Origin: Vermamoeba vermiformis
Taxonomy: Eukaryota
Direction of reading: 5' to 3'
Assembly (NCBI GenBank): GCA_045837725.1
Contig: JBEWZL010000145.1
Span: 124,001 to 188,000, forward strand
DNA: 64,000 nt
Position numbers and translations under genes: made by a program. Shown one piece after another: positions 1 through 12,983 of the stretch; within the stretch, counting starts at the first letter, position 1; each line of letters begins with the position of its first letter. The notes beneath the pieces are model-generated. The model worked only from the letters and a program-made list of their open reading frames with translations, was not told the DNA's origin and did not search any database.

Positions 1-1169
1 ATGAGGAAAGTGCACGTGTTATTGTGGCTATATTGTGATTAAACAGTGAAGTATTACGTACCAACTTGATGACCTTGATCAACATCCAGTTGTTGCTGGA
101 CTTTGAAAGCAACTTGTACAAAGTTGGCGCCAAAACGAGGTAGCTCTTAGGATTGGACTTGGCAAGTTCGCAGAAGACGTTAACGGCAGCGCTGACGACG
201 GCTTTACGCAGGTGTTAGTAATATTCCCTTGACTTAACTAAAATTGAAATAAAGAAGCTTACCAGGATCGGGATCCTCGAGCTTGTCTTTCAATCTGTTG
301 AAGCTAGGTCGAAGAGCATCAGGGAACTTCAAGAAGATCTTGTACAAGACCAAGACAGCCTTCTTGCGGATATAAGGTCGCGAGCTGGTGAGCATAGAAA
401 CCACATCCGGTGCCAAGTCTCTAGCAAGATCTGGAGTGCAGATGTTGCCGAGACAGTTCAAGGCCATACCGGCCTCGTATAAGCTCTTGCCCATAAAGTC
501 CTACGAATATAATATTGAGTTCTCCGTCGTTATCAATTTCAGATCCTGAGAATTAGAGAGTAACGTTGCAATATTGCGAATTGTAGTCTTATATTATTGA
601 GTGCATTATTCATTTGTATTTCCACGAAGGAGAGCGATTAAATACCTTCTTAATCAAGTTGGTGGTCAACATTGTGACATCCGTGTTCTCGTCGAAGCTT
701 TGAGAGGCAGCACTATAAGCAATTCGCTTATTGGTGAACGATTGGAAGCTCATTACTTCTACGACATTGAAAGCAGCCCATTTCATGTCATAGCCCAGCA
801 TCTGGAGCTGTTTCATTGAAAAAAAATTAGAAAATATCCCCAAATTATTATTTATGGTCTGATATAGTTAAAAAATAGCGTATTATTATTATGCGCGAGG
901 GATACGCCGTAAGTTAATTTTTGTTAGTGAACTGATAGGAAAGAAATCTGATGGCAATAATCTTTTTGCCATTTATAATTATTCAATTATTATATTATAA
1001 TTAATATACTCACGTAAGTCAATTTTTGAACGGCAATAGACTTAACGCTCTTGCTATCGGATTTGAGCTCCTCTTTTATTTCTTGAATGCATTGGCTGAT
1101 ATACTGTCCTTCATTCGCTTTATGGCTGCGAATGCCAGTAATAAGATCAGTTAAATTCTTTTTGAACAT
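1..1169 (-). CDS. AP3D1: AP-3 complex subunit delta, 5' part (multi-exon, runs off window start)
   Basis: MFKKNLTDLITGIRSHK..AVQKLTY|LQMLGYDMKWAAFNVVEVMS..KRIAYSAASQSF..CTPDLARDLA..RKKAVLVLYKIFLKFPDALRP; GT-AG introns join the ORF pieces. Confidence 0.95.
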
Positions 1170-1304
1170 AGCTGGGCCTCTATTGAACAAAATACGATGA
1201 AATTAGATTTTTTCAGATCCGCTTTTTGGTCAATTCGGAAATGGCACGAAACATTTCCATTTCGCAACAAAAGTGCAAACCAAACGATAGAGGTCATATT
1301 CGTT

Positions 1305-2782
1305 TTATTTTACAGGTTCATCAGGAAATTCTTGATTCTCTTTCAGAACTTGCCTGACATTAATGTTGATCCGCGAGTCTTTCAAATATTCTATCACTGC
1401 GCGTTGTGAGGCAGTTGAAGCTGCATCTACAAGCTCAACTGGAAGTGTATCTTCGATTATACGAGGCACACCGTGCATAAATAGCCGAGAATCGCCTCCC
1501 ATAAGGACCACATCTCCACTCCGAACAAAAAGTGCGACTGGTTCAACGTCTTTGGTCTTGCCACCAATTAAAAATACAGCACTATGACCAAGACTACGAA
1601 AAATTGTCAGTTAAGATGCTGCTACACTTATTGTAAAGGAGATCTCGTACCTTATCGAAATAACTGGTGACTCGAAATCGAATTCTACGTCATCTAAATG
1701 CCCACAGAGGAATGAATCTAGAATTTGACCGTAATTAGAAAGACTTTTTCATTTAACTAAGAGTATTGCATAAAGTCTGAGAATTAAGTATCATGTACTG
1801 GCATTAGACTGTCTAATATGAAATTATTTTTAGACAAAAGTATACCTAAGTGATAGTAATTTACAATAGCAGCTTCAGGAATGATACGAGTGTCAGCCCA
1901 AGTTGCGATCTGCTTGTTGAGTTCAAAGAGGTCACTGGGGAATGGACTGTGATGCTCTTTTTGATAAATCCTCTTCGTCCAATTGTAATGATAGCCTAAT
2001 GTAATCCAGCGCAGTTGATGCAAGAACTCTTTCGTGTAGTGTTGCGGACTAGCTTTGTTTGTGTTTTGGATCTGCGGATCCTCTGACGATTTTTGACCGT
2101 CGAGTGGCACAGTATTATTATGATTAGTATTGGTGTTTCCGTTAGCCTGGTTATCGTGCGATATTTTTTGTTTTTTCATCGGTGGTTCTTGACCGTCGGA
2201 TCTGCTCGTGTCATTCTCGGTGTCATCGTCTTTGAGGTTATATACAGTATTAAATAATGATAGCACATCTACGTGGCCATGAAAGGGGTCTAAATTTGTC
2301 TGAGTCGGAATTGAGGAAGTGGATCTGGGATAAACTCGAAGTGCTTTTTCGGCCAGATCTAGCTGCTCTTGAGCTGAAAACGCATTTTCGATAAACACTA
2401 GTCCTATAATTTTATATTCAATATTTTAGTAACTGACATATTAAGGAATTAAGCTATAGTGTAGACTTACCGTTAACATTTTTAATTCTGAATATCCGTT
2501 TATTGTACGTATTTTCAACAGGAATAATTAACTCGCGATTTTTATCGGTATTTTTATCTAGGTTCCTAAATACATGTTTTCTAAATCAGTGCGTTACAGG
2601 AGATTATTTCATGAAAATCAATTTATTCTATTAATTTTCTCTGGATCGCGGATCTAGACTTACCTTAGGTCAATAATGTCTGAAAAATCAGTAGGTTTAT
2701 TCTTATATTTTTTGTATTTCTTTTCTATCCTTCTGAACGCACTTTGTTCGTTGTTGCTAGACTGTTTCGACGTGGCTTGCAT
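1305..2782 (-). CDS. ALKBH1: AlkB homolog 1-like Fe(II)/2OG dioxygenase
   Basis: LRWITLGYHYNWTKRIY, PEAAIVNYY, GHLDDVE (HxD), FMHGVPRI, RININVRQV across spliced exons. Confidence 0.9.
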
Positions 2783-3083
2783 TGCTATCGACTACTTTAC
2801 TTATATTAATTCATAAATATGCGTATTTACTGCCAGTAGTGTTGTCGTTTTTGGTTTGTTGTTGTTGTCTAATTCTCGGAGAGAACAAAAAATAGCTTGG
2901 CGATCCCGACAAAACCTCCTAATTATTTTCTAAGTCACAAGAAGAGTGTAGACGTAGACGTAGCATATTGTGAGCTGTAGCGTCCATTGAAGTGAAGATC
3001 GATGTTACGCTGCGGCCCGCAGCATGAACCCTCGTAAAATCAATTCTTCCATTTGACAATCTTGCACCGTGCTGAACACCACA

Positions 3084-4814
3084 ATGCGCCTTAATTTAAT
3101 AGCCGCTGTATTATTATCAGCGTGTATCTTCGGGTAAGTGGCTTTACCGTTGTACACAACGAACGCGAATAATCGGATCAGCAACAAGCAATTACTACAG
3201 AGAGGTACATTAATTAAATTAAAATTCAATAATATAGTGCAATAAATTGTGCCACTAAGGAGAGCTCGCCTGTCCCGTTCCGCGTCTCAGCGGACGAACA
3301 ATTGTTAAAAGATCTCAAAGAACGACTCAACAAAACTGTTTGGCCCCACGAGCTTGAAGATGTTGATGACTGGTCATATGGTGTTCCTTTAAGGTAACCG
3401 TTAAATCATGTTTTTCAAAAATTTACTCGGATTTGACACGATTATTCTTAGCTTCATGAAAGATCTTGTTCGCTATTGGCAATTTGAATATGATTGGCGC
3501 AAGCAAGAACAAATGTTGAACGAGAAGCTGCCTAGCTTCAAGGTTGACCTCGACGGAATTGACATCCATTTTGCGCACGTTAAAGTAAGCTCTTGCAATC
3601 ATTAGCGAGGCTCAATTCTAACACTTTTTCAGTCTAAAGAGCGCAGTGATGCAATTCCGCTGTTGATTTCACACGGTTGGCCCGGCTCTTACTACGAGTG
3701 CAGCAAAGTAGTCGATCTCTTGACAAGTACTGCATGATCTTGTTATTTGCCATTATAACCTCTATTATAGACCCATCTGCTCACGGCATCACTGGCGACA
3801 TTTCCTTCCACGTCGTGTGTCCCTCGCTGCCTGGCTATGGTTTCTCTGACAAGCCCCGTAACAAAGGTCACTACGCAGTAATTGGGTTGTTACCTGCCTC
3901 AAAACTGACTCTGACACAGGTTTCGATGCACTTCAAATGGCCCACACCTTTGACAAGCTTATGAAGAAGCTCGGGTACACCAAGTACATGGCACACGGTG
4001 GTGACTGGGGCTCGTTGATCACGCGCTACGTGGGTCAACATCACCCCGAGAGCTGCCTCTCCGTGCACATCAACAACCCTCTCGACGTCAACCCACCATT
4101 CTCTAAAGGTATGAACATGTTTGATCTTGATCGTAACTCATCATATGGCAGGTTTGTGGGCTAAATTCAAGGCTGTCATGTCGTACATTAAGCCCAATTG
4201 GATCTTGGACGAGAAAGACACGAAGCGACACAACGACAATTTGAGCTTCTTGTCGGGCATCGGTTATCTCTACCAACAAGCTACCTTCCCACAGACTCTC
4301 GGTTACGGTTTGAGTGATTCGCCTGCTGGCTTAGCTGCGTGGATCATCGACAAGTGGTACCATTGGAGCGACATTAAGGGCAACATCTTCTCGCGCTACA
4401 GTAAAGACGACTTGCTGAATAATGTCATGATCTATTACCTCAACAACACCATCACTTCCTCGACTCGACTTTACAAAGAGACTATTCCTAAACAAATTGC
4501 TACAGCTCCTGATAATTTTTATGTCTCAGTGCCTTCGGGCATTACTGTCTTCCAGGACATTGCTAAGCCTATTTCTGCATTTATTCCTTATTATTACAAC
4601 GTGGTGCGCGAGGTCGAATACCCATCCGGTGGTCACTTTGCTATTCTCGAAGGTACTTGAACACTTTAATAAGCTTGGATAGGCCTTATACTAAAGAATC
4701 TCTATAGAGCCTAAACTCGTCGCACAAAGCTTGGCTGAATTCGCTGCAGTTCCCGTCGTGCATCAACAGTACTATCCTGCCGCTAAGGCTGAGGAACTTA
4801 AGCAAGAACTTTAA
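3084..4814 (+). CDS. EPHX1: Microsomal-type epoxide hydrolase (alpha/beta hydrolase)
   Basis: HGWPGS oxyanion motif, PSLPGYGFS, HGGDWGS nucleophile elbow, DSPAGLAAWIIDK, GGHFA; hydrophobic N-terminus; ends KQEL. Confidence 0.92.
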
Positions 4815-4973
4815 TAAAGGAGATCCATAGTATTGCAATAATGGTTTTGCATCAATCTATAATTTTGTGCGGTAAATTCAGCCACGTGACTTGTTATTTT
4901 GAGCGGATTTGTCAAGATACCTTTATTTTTTGGATCTTGCAAACACAATAGTTCCAGTTTATGCATCACAAAG

Positions 4974-6663
4974 ATGGTACTAACAATTAGTGGCGAGTTG
5001 AAGCAAGACACATTATATCCTGGCGAGATTGTTCATTGTCGGATCGATTTCAAAAATGTGGCTGGAAAGGATGACAAAAAATCAGTTAAAGACGAAAATA
5101 TTGTGTGGGCTGTAGGTCAACGTAAGTGAGCGATATGATATGATTGTAGATAATTTTTGAATTATTTTGCAAATTTTTATATTAAGTTTTCAGATCTGTA
5201 GCTTTATTTATCGCTAATACTGATAACATTATAGTGTATGGAGTTCTTTCAGCGGATGCAGCGTGGATTAAATTAAATACACCGCCACAACAATTAAAAG
5301 TGGGAAATTATCTCCCAAAAATTGGTACGTAGCGATTATATTGCATTAATTATCATGAATAATAATTAAATATTAATAGAGGAGAACTCTCGATATGTAT
5401 TTTATTCGTCACCATCAATTTTACTCGCAGATCTGACACTATCAGCGAACCAATCAAAAACACGTACGTAAATTCAATTTGCAAGTGCTTCAGCATTAAT
5501 TAATATATTATCGTTAGTATTATTCAGTTGTACATTACCCACAGAGCTGCCACCAAGTTTTTCAGGCACATCCGTCAAATACACTTACTTCGTTGAAATT
5601 GTTATTCAAAACAAACTCAATCAGCCATTGCAAACATTAAGATTACCAATCAGAGTACTCAATCCAGCATGCAGTACGTTATATTACTATTATTAGACCT
5701 GTGCTAAGTGCTCTACAGGTCTCGAGGCGTGTTCATCAGTGCTTTCGAGTGTCAATCTTGACTTCGCGCTGTGGAACCCTCATTCACGCGAAATTTCACC
5801 AGGTTGGTTTGTATAGTTAGTAGGTGTGGGCTACTATATATTAATATATTTGCGCGATCAGATTTCGATTGGACAAAAGAGACGGGGTCGCGTGACATGA
5901 GCCTCAGAGATAAAAATGTTCGAAAGACAATTCACGCCTTGTTTGAAAAGCACGCTAATACAAGTACGTTATAATAATATACCATAAATAAATAGTACTA
6001 ATATAATTAATGCAGCGTCAATTAATATCAGCAAGGGCGAGCATCATATCGTTAAATTTTCAATTGAAAAAACTGCCTTTCAATTGGGCGATACAATTCG
6101 CGGTTTATTTGACTTCAGTGAAAGCAATACTACATGCCAGAAGGTAAAAATTATAATATCATTATTATAAAATTAATGTCTGACCAGATCTCGGTTACAA
6201 TGGTGATGGAAGAAAGTGTTCATCAAACGGCCCTCAAGCCAGGCAGGACACAACGTACCGTGCACAAAACCATCAATGAAATGCACGAGCACACAGCGCA
6301 TTGCGTGCAGACTTATTTGAATTTTTATATTCCTATTGACCTACCTCAAACTTTTTCAACTGATATTGGTACGTAAAAGAAACCTTACGGACTTAAATGT
6401 ATTAATTATATTGTTCCTAGTGAGCGTAACATATACTATAAACATTAAGCTTATGGTCAACTCATTAACGGCGAATGCTAAGCCGAATGTAAGCGATCCG
6501 AAAAATACTTGAAAAATAGATTAACAATGGTAAATTACAGGAGTTTGAAATATTAGAGTGGAGCTTGCCTATTAAACTACTGTTATCTGATATGTCGCAG
6601 CACTATCAAGCTGAGTCTTCTTGGAATATTAACAGCGATCTACGAGTCCTAACAATCGAATAA
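4974..6663 (+). CDS. RGP1: RAB6A-GEF complex partner Rgp1
   Basis: N-terminal LYPGEIVHCRIDF, ELPPSFSGTSVKYTY, F.IPIDLPQTFSTD, LEWSLPI resemble the Rgp1 family; many short exons. Confidence 0.78.
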
Positions 6664-6696
6664 AAAAGGAGCTTTAAACGAACTATGATACATTTA

Positions 6697-7841
6697 TTAT
6701 AGATGCTTTTGGAAGAATATTTTTGCTTTCTTATACGCATAAAAGCTCAGTCCATTCGCGAATAAAGATCTCAAAGTTCCAGGCCAAAAGCCGCGATAAA
6801 ATCCTACGAGGCCATGATGGCTATATATTTCTTTGGCGATGGATAGAGAGCTCTGGCCGATACCTCTTGACGCTTGTTTCCTACTTTTAATGACGTCTAA
6901 TGGAAATATAACCCACCAAGCTAATGTAGCGCAAATACTGATCGAGATCCGGTCAGAAAATTCGCTTTGAATGGAAGATTATTGACTTACCTTCCGTTTA
7001 AAAAGTCTCTAGATATATATGAAGGTAATGGAACGGGTTTGGCTGATTAAATAAGCGTGAGTAAAGGGTACACGGGTGGATGTGCTTTAAACGTACTTAT
7101 TTCTTGAAAGCCGAAAAAGCAGGTTAATAGCGGAACATTTCTAGCAATATTGATCCAAAAGCCTCGTCCTAGTTCTGTAAATTTCCATGAAGTTCCTGTT
7201 TGGCGCGTAATTTTTGCCACCTTTCGTAACGGAAAGTTAAGATCTTCATAAGGCATTATTAATATGCTCATAGTACTTACATCTAATGGACATTCGACTA
7301 CACCTCGCGCGAATCCACCAGCACAACCGCCATAGATAATTCTAGCGTCAATACCGAAGAGCTGCGGTATTTTGGCGTTTGGATCTTTCGGAGTCGTTAA
7401 GGAGTATACTTCGCATAGCATATGATTAATACAATAGTATAGAGCTATAATCAATTTTAAGTACCAAATTCATAGCCTCCGAACTGCACTGACCGCAAGA
7501 AAAATGTGCCAAGTAAAGGAGGGATGCATCCACGATATAAAGCTAATATTCCATCGTCTCTAACGGTGTGCATTAATGTAGCGAATGAAGAGCCCGTAGT
7601 GTAACCTTTTTGAGCTTGCATTTCTGCAATAAAATAACAGAAAAATTAGATCTAAATTTAATTAACCGGCAATATCTTTCTGATGCCAATTATATGTGGG
7701 AAATAATTAAATATAATTATTATAATCATTAATAATCATACTTGTTTTGAGCGTGTCGAACGGATGTCCAACGACCAAACTAACGAGGCCAAATACACCG
7801 CCACTTAAAAATCCAATTAATCCGTCTCGATGGCTACTCAT
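6697..7841 (-). CDS. Mitochondrial carrier (SLC25) protein
   Basis: Three Px[DE]xxK signatures: HPFDTLKT, CPLDVAKI, FPLDVIKS. Confidence 0.9.
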
Positions 7842-8000
7842 ATTGTATAATCTATAATTGTTTCAAAATAAATAACGACGCCTTTCGCTCGAGAAGTTTC
7901 TTCAACTTTATCAATTTTATCAATTTTTTTCCTTTTCTGTGCACATTCATCGGTGCTTATTAGACCTCTCTAGTTATCATATAATACACATATCGTAAAT

Positions 8001-9156
8001 ATGGCAAGAAACGAAGAGAAGGCTCAATCAATTTTGAACAGATGGCTTTCACAGCAAAGGCCAGATACTCAAAATCAACGCAGACCAGCTGTAACTTCAG
8101 AATGTAAAAGTTTAGGTGAAGCTGAGCGCTGGAGAATGCAATTATTAAAAGAGATTGGCAACAAAGTGATGTATATTCAGAACGGTAAGATCTCGACAAA
8201 AATAATAATTAATTTTTATTTCAACTACATAGCATTGATTATTAATTATATCGCTTATATACCATCGTATACGTTATTTATAACACGATGCTAATTTTTA
8301 AATATTTTTTAACAGCTGGTCTCGAAGAACACAAGATTCGTGACTTGAACGATCAAATTAACAGATTAATGCGAGAAAAACACGCATGGGAACGACGTAT
8401 TCGAGAATTAGGAGGTCCTGATTATACTGTACGTGACCAACTCACCTTCACAACCAAAATTTTTCAGTTGCTCATCAATTCTGTTTTAGCGAATGTCTTT
8501 GGCCCTCACCGACGATGCCATTAAAGGCCAAGGTGGATATATGTATTTTGGTGCAGCTAAAGACCTGCCTGGAGTCCGCGAATTAATGCGACCGCGAGGT
8601 ACGTAGATCTACCGCAAATACACCGGCGTTTCGATATTTATTTACCGAGGTATTTTTAGCCCCTGATGCGCCGAGAAAAACACGCGCAGAGTTGTATAAG
8701 AATGTAGATGCAGATTATTATGGTTATCGCGATGAAGACGATGGATTGTTATTGAAACTTGAAGCAGAACAAGAGAAGAAAGGTAAAGTACCAAGATAAG
8801 ATAATTTTAGAAACAAAGCTGCTGTCGTGATATGAAGCAACAATAGAGTATTAACGGAATTTTCTTCGATTTGTCGCAGTGATCGCTGAAGCTGTTGAAG
8901 AGTGGAATGATTTACAGAGACAAAAGTTGGGCAACAGCTTTGTGGAGCCTAATTATAAAAACATGAAGACTAATATTGAAGATTCATTTGTTTCGCACGT
9001 TAAGGTCCCGACTAGAGAAGAAGTCGAGAAGGTTTTGTTAGAAAAGCGACGACAGGTACGTAGCAGATCCCGCGCAAGATCGCATCCAACAAAGGTTTGA
9101 TTTTTCGCTGACAAACTGGTTTTTAGGAATTATTAGCAAAAGTTCAAAATTCATAG
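8001..9156 (+). CDS. ISY1: Pre-mRNA splicing factor ISY1
   Basis: [61 protein letters not shown]. Confidence 0.96.
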
Positions 9157-9390
9157 AGTTGTATTATATGGAACGAACAGGAGCCCAAAAATAAACAAAA
9201 ATGCGGTAATACGGTTTCGATGACTTTCCTTTTTCGGCGAAATTTCATCCAAATTGATCGAAAAACTGGTTTTTACGGGGATTTTAAACCTTTCATGCGC
9301 CTTTGTGCGTTATTTAGCAACCAAAAAACATATTTCAGGCTCATATATCTCGCTCTCAATAAGCGAAGACAATAGATCGATAGACTTACA

Positions 9391-10935
9391 ATGACTATGG
9401 CTAACAAACGAGTCACTTACCGGATCTTGTCAACCCTTGGTCAAGGTACAAATCTGGCGCTATCTTCTCGATTTCAGCATTCATTCTCATCTATATTTGT
9501 AGGAGTGTTCGGGACCGTATTTAAGGCGCAGAGTTCGGAAGGAGAGCTTGTCGCTATCAAGCGTGTAGCGGTAATTAATAATTGATTTTAATAATTTGAA
9601 ATTTGGTTTTAATTTAGAATTTTGTATTAAGAAGCACGGGGAGACTACTAATAGAGAAGTCGAAGTTCTAGAGATGTTAGATCATCCTAATTGCATCAAG
9701 AGTAAGCTAATAGAACACTTTTTTCGCCGCGGATCTTGGTCTGATCTCTTTTTTAGTGCGCAATTTTTTCTATACGTACGACGAGCAAAATAACTTGTGG
9801 CTGGTACGTTACTACAATCCTATTTTTAACTTTTTCTAATCGTTACGTCGTTTAGAACATTATATTCGAATACATGAACTCCATGACGTTGAAGAAGGTT
9901 ATTTCAAAGCTGGATCTCAACAAGAGACTCGTTAAGTACTTGTTCTATCAAGTACGTATACTATACTATCATTATAATATCTAACCGCTCCCTATTTAGC
10001 TTTGCCATGCGTTAGAACACGTTCATTCTTTGGGGATCGCGCACCGAGGTAACATTCGATCTGGATCAGCTCGAGTGCCCTAAATTTGTACTAACGAGCC
10101 TATAGATGTCAAACCGGATAATATCCTCGTCGCACAAAACTTTGCACTGAAGCTGATAGATTTTGGCAGCGCGAAAATGTTAGATGAAAATTGCTCGAAT
10201 TCCCCGTACATGGTGTCGAGATATTATAGGTGCGTCAGAGCATATATATGGCATCGTTAAGTATTATAGTAGGCTAATATCATATTATTATAGAGCACCT
10301 GAATTGTTATGCGGAAACAGCGCCTATTCGACAAAAATAGTACGTTGGTAAATTGAATTGCAAATTAGTCTAAAAAAGGAAATTTCAAGTGGATTGTACT
10401 AATATAACCCTTTATTAATTAATAGGACGTCTGGTCAGTTGGTTGCATACTCTGGGAATTAATCCACGGCTCAGTTTTGTTCGACGGTCAAAACACATCC
10501 GCGCAGTTCCTCAAGATCATTTCAGTGCTAGGCAGCCCTTCTGATGACGACGTGCACGACATGTACCCTCGTGCTCCTAATGACGTGCAACAAGTCCTCA
10601 ATGATTTTGTGGGACTAGAAGTGCCTGCTATGAGTTTTGACGAGCTCGTGCCTGGTGATAAAGTTGCAGCGGATCTGCTTTCGAGAGTACGTCTATCGGC
10701 TCATTAATGATACACATATGATACTAACGACACCTTTATTATAGATGTTATGCTTCAGCCCTTCTCGCCGAGCATCTATCAGCGGTACGTGTCATCAAAA
10801 GTGTCAAAGTGACACTCGTACAATTAATATTGCTAAAATTTAGATATTTTGTTGCACCCGTACTTTGACGACTGCGACTTTGATGTAAATATGCAGTTCT
10901 ATACTGAAGAAGTCGTCAACTTGTTGCTCCAATAA
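9391..10935 (+). CDS. GSK3-like CMGC Ser/Thr kinase, compact
   Basis: GQGVFGTV, VAIK, NREVE, HRDVKPDN, DFGSAK, SPYMVSRYYRAPEL, DVWSVGCI; about 10 short introns. Confidence 0.88.
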
Positions 10936-11062
10936 TGTGGATCCGGCTTCATCACGCCTCACTTGTAAATTAGCAAATAGATGTAAATAGTGTAAAATAC
11001 CTCCAAAAAGGTTTATTGTAGATACATGTAAATAGATGCTTCGATTTAAATATGCAAATGAA

Positions 11063-12826
11063 TTACTTAGTAGACGGCGAGAAATCGAGTTTTCCACGAG
11101 CAGTGCCTTGCTGCTTTTTGTTTTTCTTTTTTTTGTTCTTTTTATTTGAACTGTGTTGCTTAGCATCGAGATGTTCGTTAGTCTTTTGGATCTTCGTTGC
11201 TGGCTCTTCACTTTCAATATCATCCCCACGTTCTTCATCAGATCCGTCATAATCCATTGTATCGTGGTCGCTCTGATGTCCATTGTTATCAGAATCCAAT
11301 TTTACTGGTGTTTTCGGAGAATTTAATTTCGTTGGTGTAGCAAATGGTCCAATTGAATTTTGACGCACTAATTTCTTGGCTTTCGGACTCGGCATCAATT
11401 TCAATGCTTCGTAACGGTCCTCTAACGCCTTTACTTTCGGTATTATAGTCGGTAGGTCAGTGCCGGTATGGTCTTTGGAATAAACATAGACGTATTGTTC
11501 CAAGAACGCAGAAGGCAGCATTAAACTGATGTCTTCGGGGTGTTTCCTCGAAGCTCGGTCACTATCACTCGCATAAAACCACGTCTTCAGCAGCGGATGT
11601 TCGTTCTTCAGCGCGTAGTTGTACGAGACTGGCGAGACAAAAGCATTGGGCAGTTCATTCAAAGCACTGCTAATCACTTCTGTCATGCCTTGCGGGGACT
11701 TCTTCGCATCCAGTTTGATCTTGCACGCTAATTTGTATAATTTTCGTTCTCGTAGTTGTTTAATGAGGCCACGTGCTCGAACCATTTTCGGATCTGTTGA
11801 CCTCGATCGTTCAATCTCTTCAATAACGGTGTCTGTTAATGTATAATAACTGTCTAGTGTTGGATCCACTAAAATCTCATCGATTCGAAGATACTCGCTA
11901 GCTTCAGTTAGAATATCTCCGATCATATGCTCCACAGCTAATTATTGGAATTAAATTAGCAAATTCATTCGAGGAATTAAAATCAAACCATTTGTACCTT
12001 TGATTACGGGATGAGAATAGACCTCGCGATGAAATGAATAGCACTGAAAACAGTTGGTGAATGTTAAACTCTTCTTTTTCACCGAAACAGATGTGTCGCT
12101 CTTCTTCATCTGTTTTTCTAATTTCACTGAACTGCATCAATCGGGTAAAGACGTTGCCTAATAAAGTTAAAAATCAGATCTCAAATCAAAATAGATAATT
12201 AGCGTACTAGCATCTAATCCAAGGTTGGCAGCATAACAGTCTCGTGCTAAATAGTCAAATTTATCGACGTCGATGCTGTTGTACGGATTTGACACGACTT
12301 CAAACATGAAAAGCTTATTCTTTGGCCAGCTGGCCGGCACTTTGCCGAGAATAATATAGCAAATATTATCGATATCACTAGGGCTTAGTCCTAATGACTG
12401 GGGAATATTTGCTAATATATTACGCAATAAAACCCCAGATGCGTGTTCATGAAATTTGGGATATTTTCTTTTTAATTCTGCATTCTTGGCTAAAAATACG
12501 TCTTCAAATGTGTGGCTGAATGGTCCGTGGCCTAAATCATGACATAATGCTGCTATTTCAATATGAAAAATATCCTCGTCTGTAATAATTTTGCCTTCTG
12601 GACTTCTTTTCTTTAATTCGCGCATCCACTTGCCAGCTAAATAACAAGTGCCTATTGAATGTTCAAATCTATTATGCGATGCACCGGGGAACACAAAATA
12701 AGCCCCGCCAAGTTGTTTTAAACAGCGCAGTCGTTGGAAGATCGGCGTATCAATAATTTTGAATAGCCTCTTGTCCAATGAGATCAAGCCATGAATAGGG
12801 TCGTGTATTTGTCTTTGGTTCTCCAT
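11063..12826 (-). CDS. SAMHD1: SAMHD1-like HD-domain dNTP triphosphohydrolase (no SAM domain); frameshifted near 12041 as given
   Basis: DPIHG, FQRLRCLKQLG, HNRFEHS, LCHDLGHGPFSH, DVDKFDYLARD; reading frame changes inside exon 2. Confidence 0.9.
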
Positions 12827-12983
12827 TTGTGGTTCTTGATCTGTCAAAAATAACAAAATAAAAAATATTTTTTTGGGTCGGAAAAACTCCGCAATAAAAT
12901 ATCAGCTTATTAACGACTAATAGAACTCTTAATAGTAGGCTAATATTTAACTAGTGTTATATATTTATTATTTACAATTAGAG

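Noticed and set aside
1838-1846. ALKBH1 intron donor GTATACTTT resembling a U12 site
   Set aside because: Has A at +5 and no CCTTRAC branch near the acceptor
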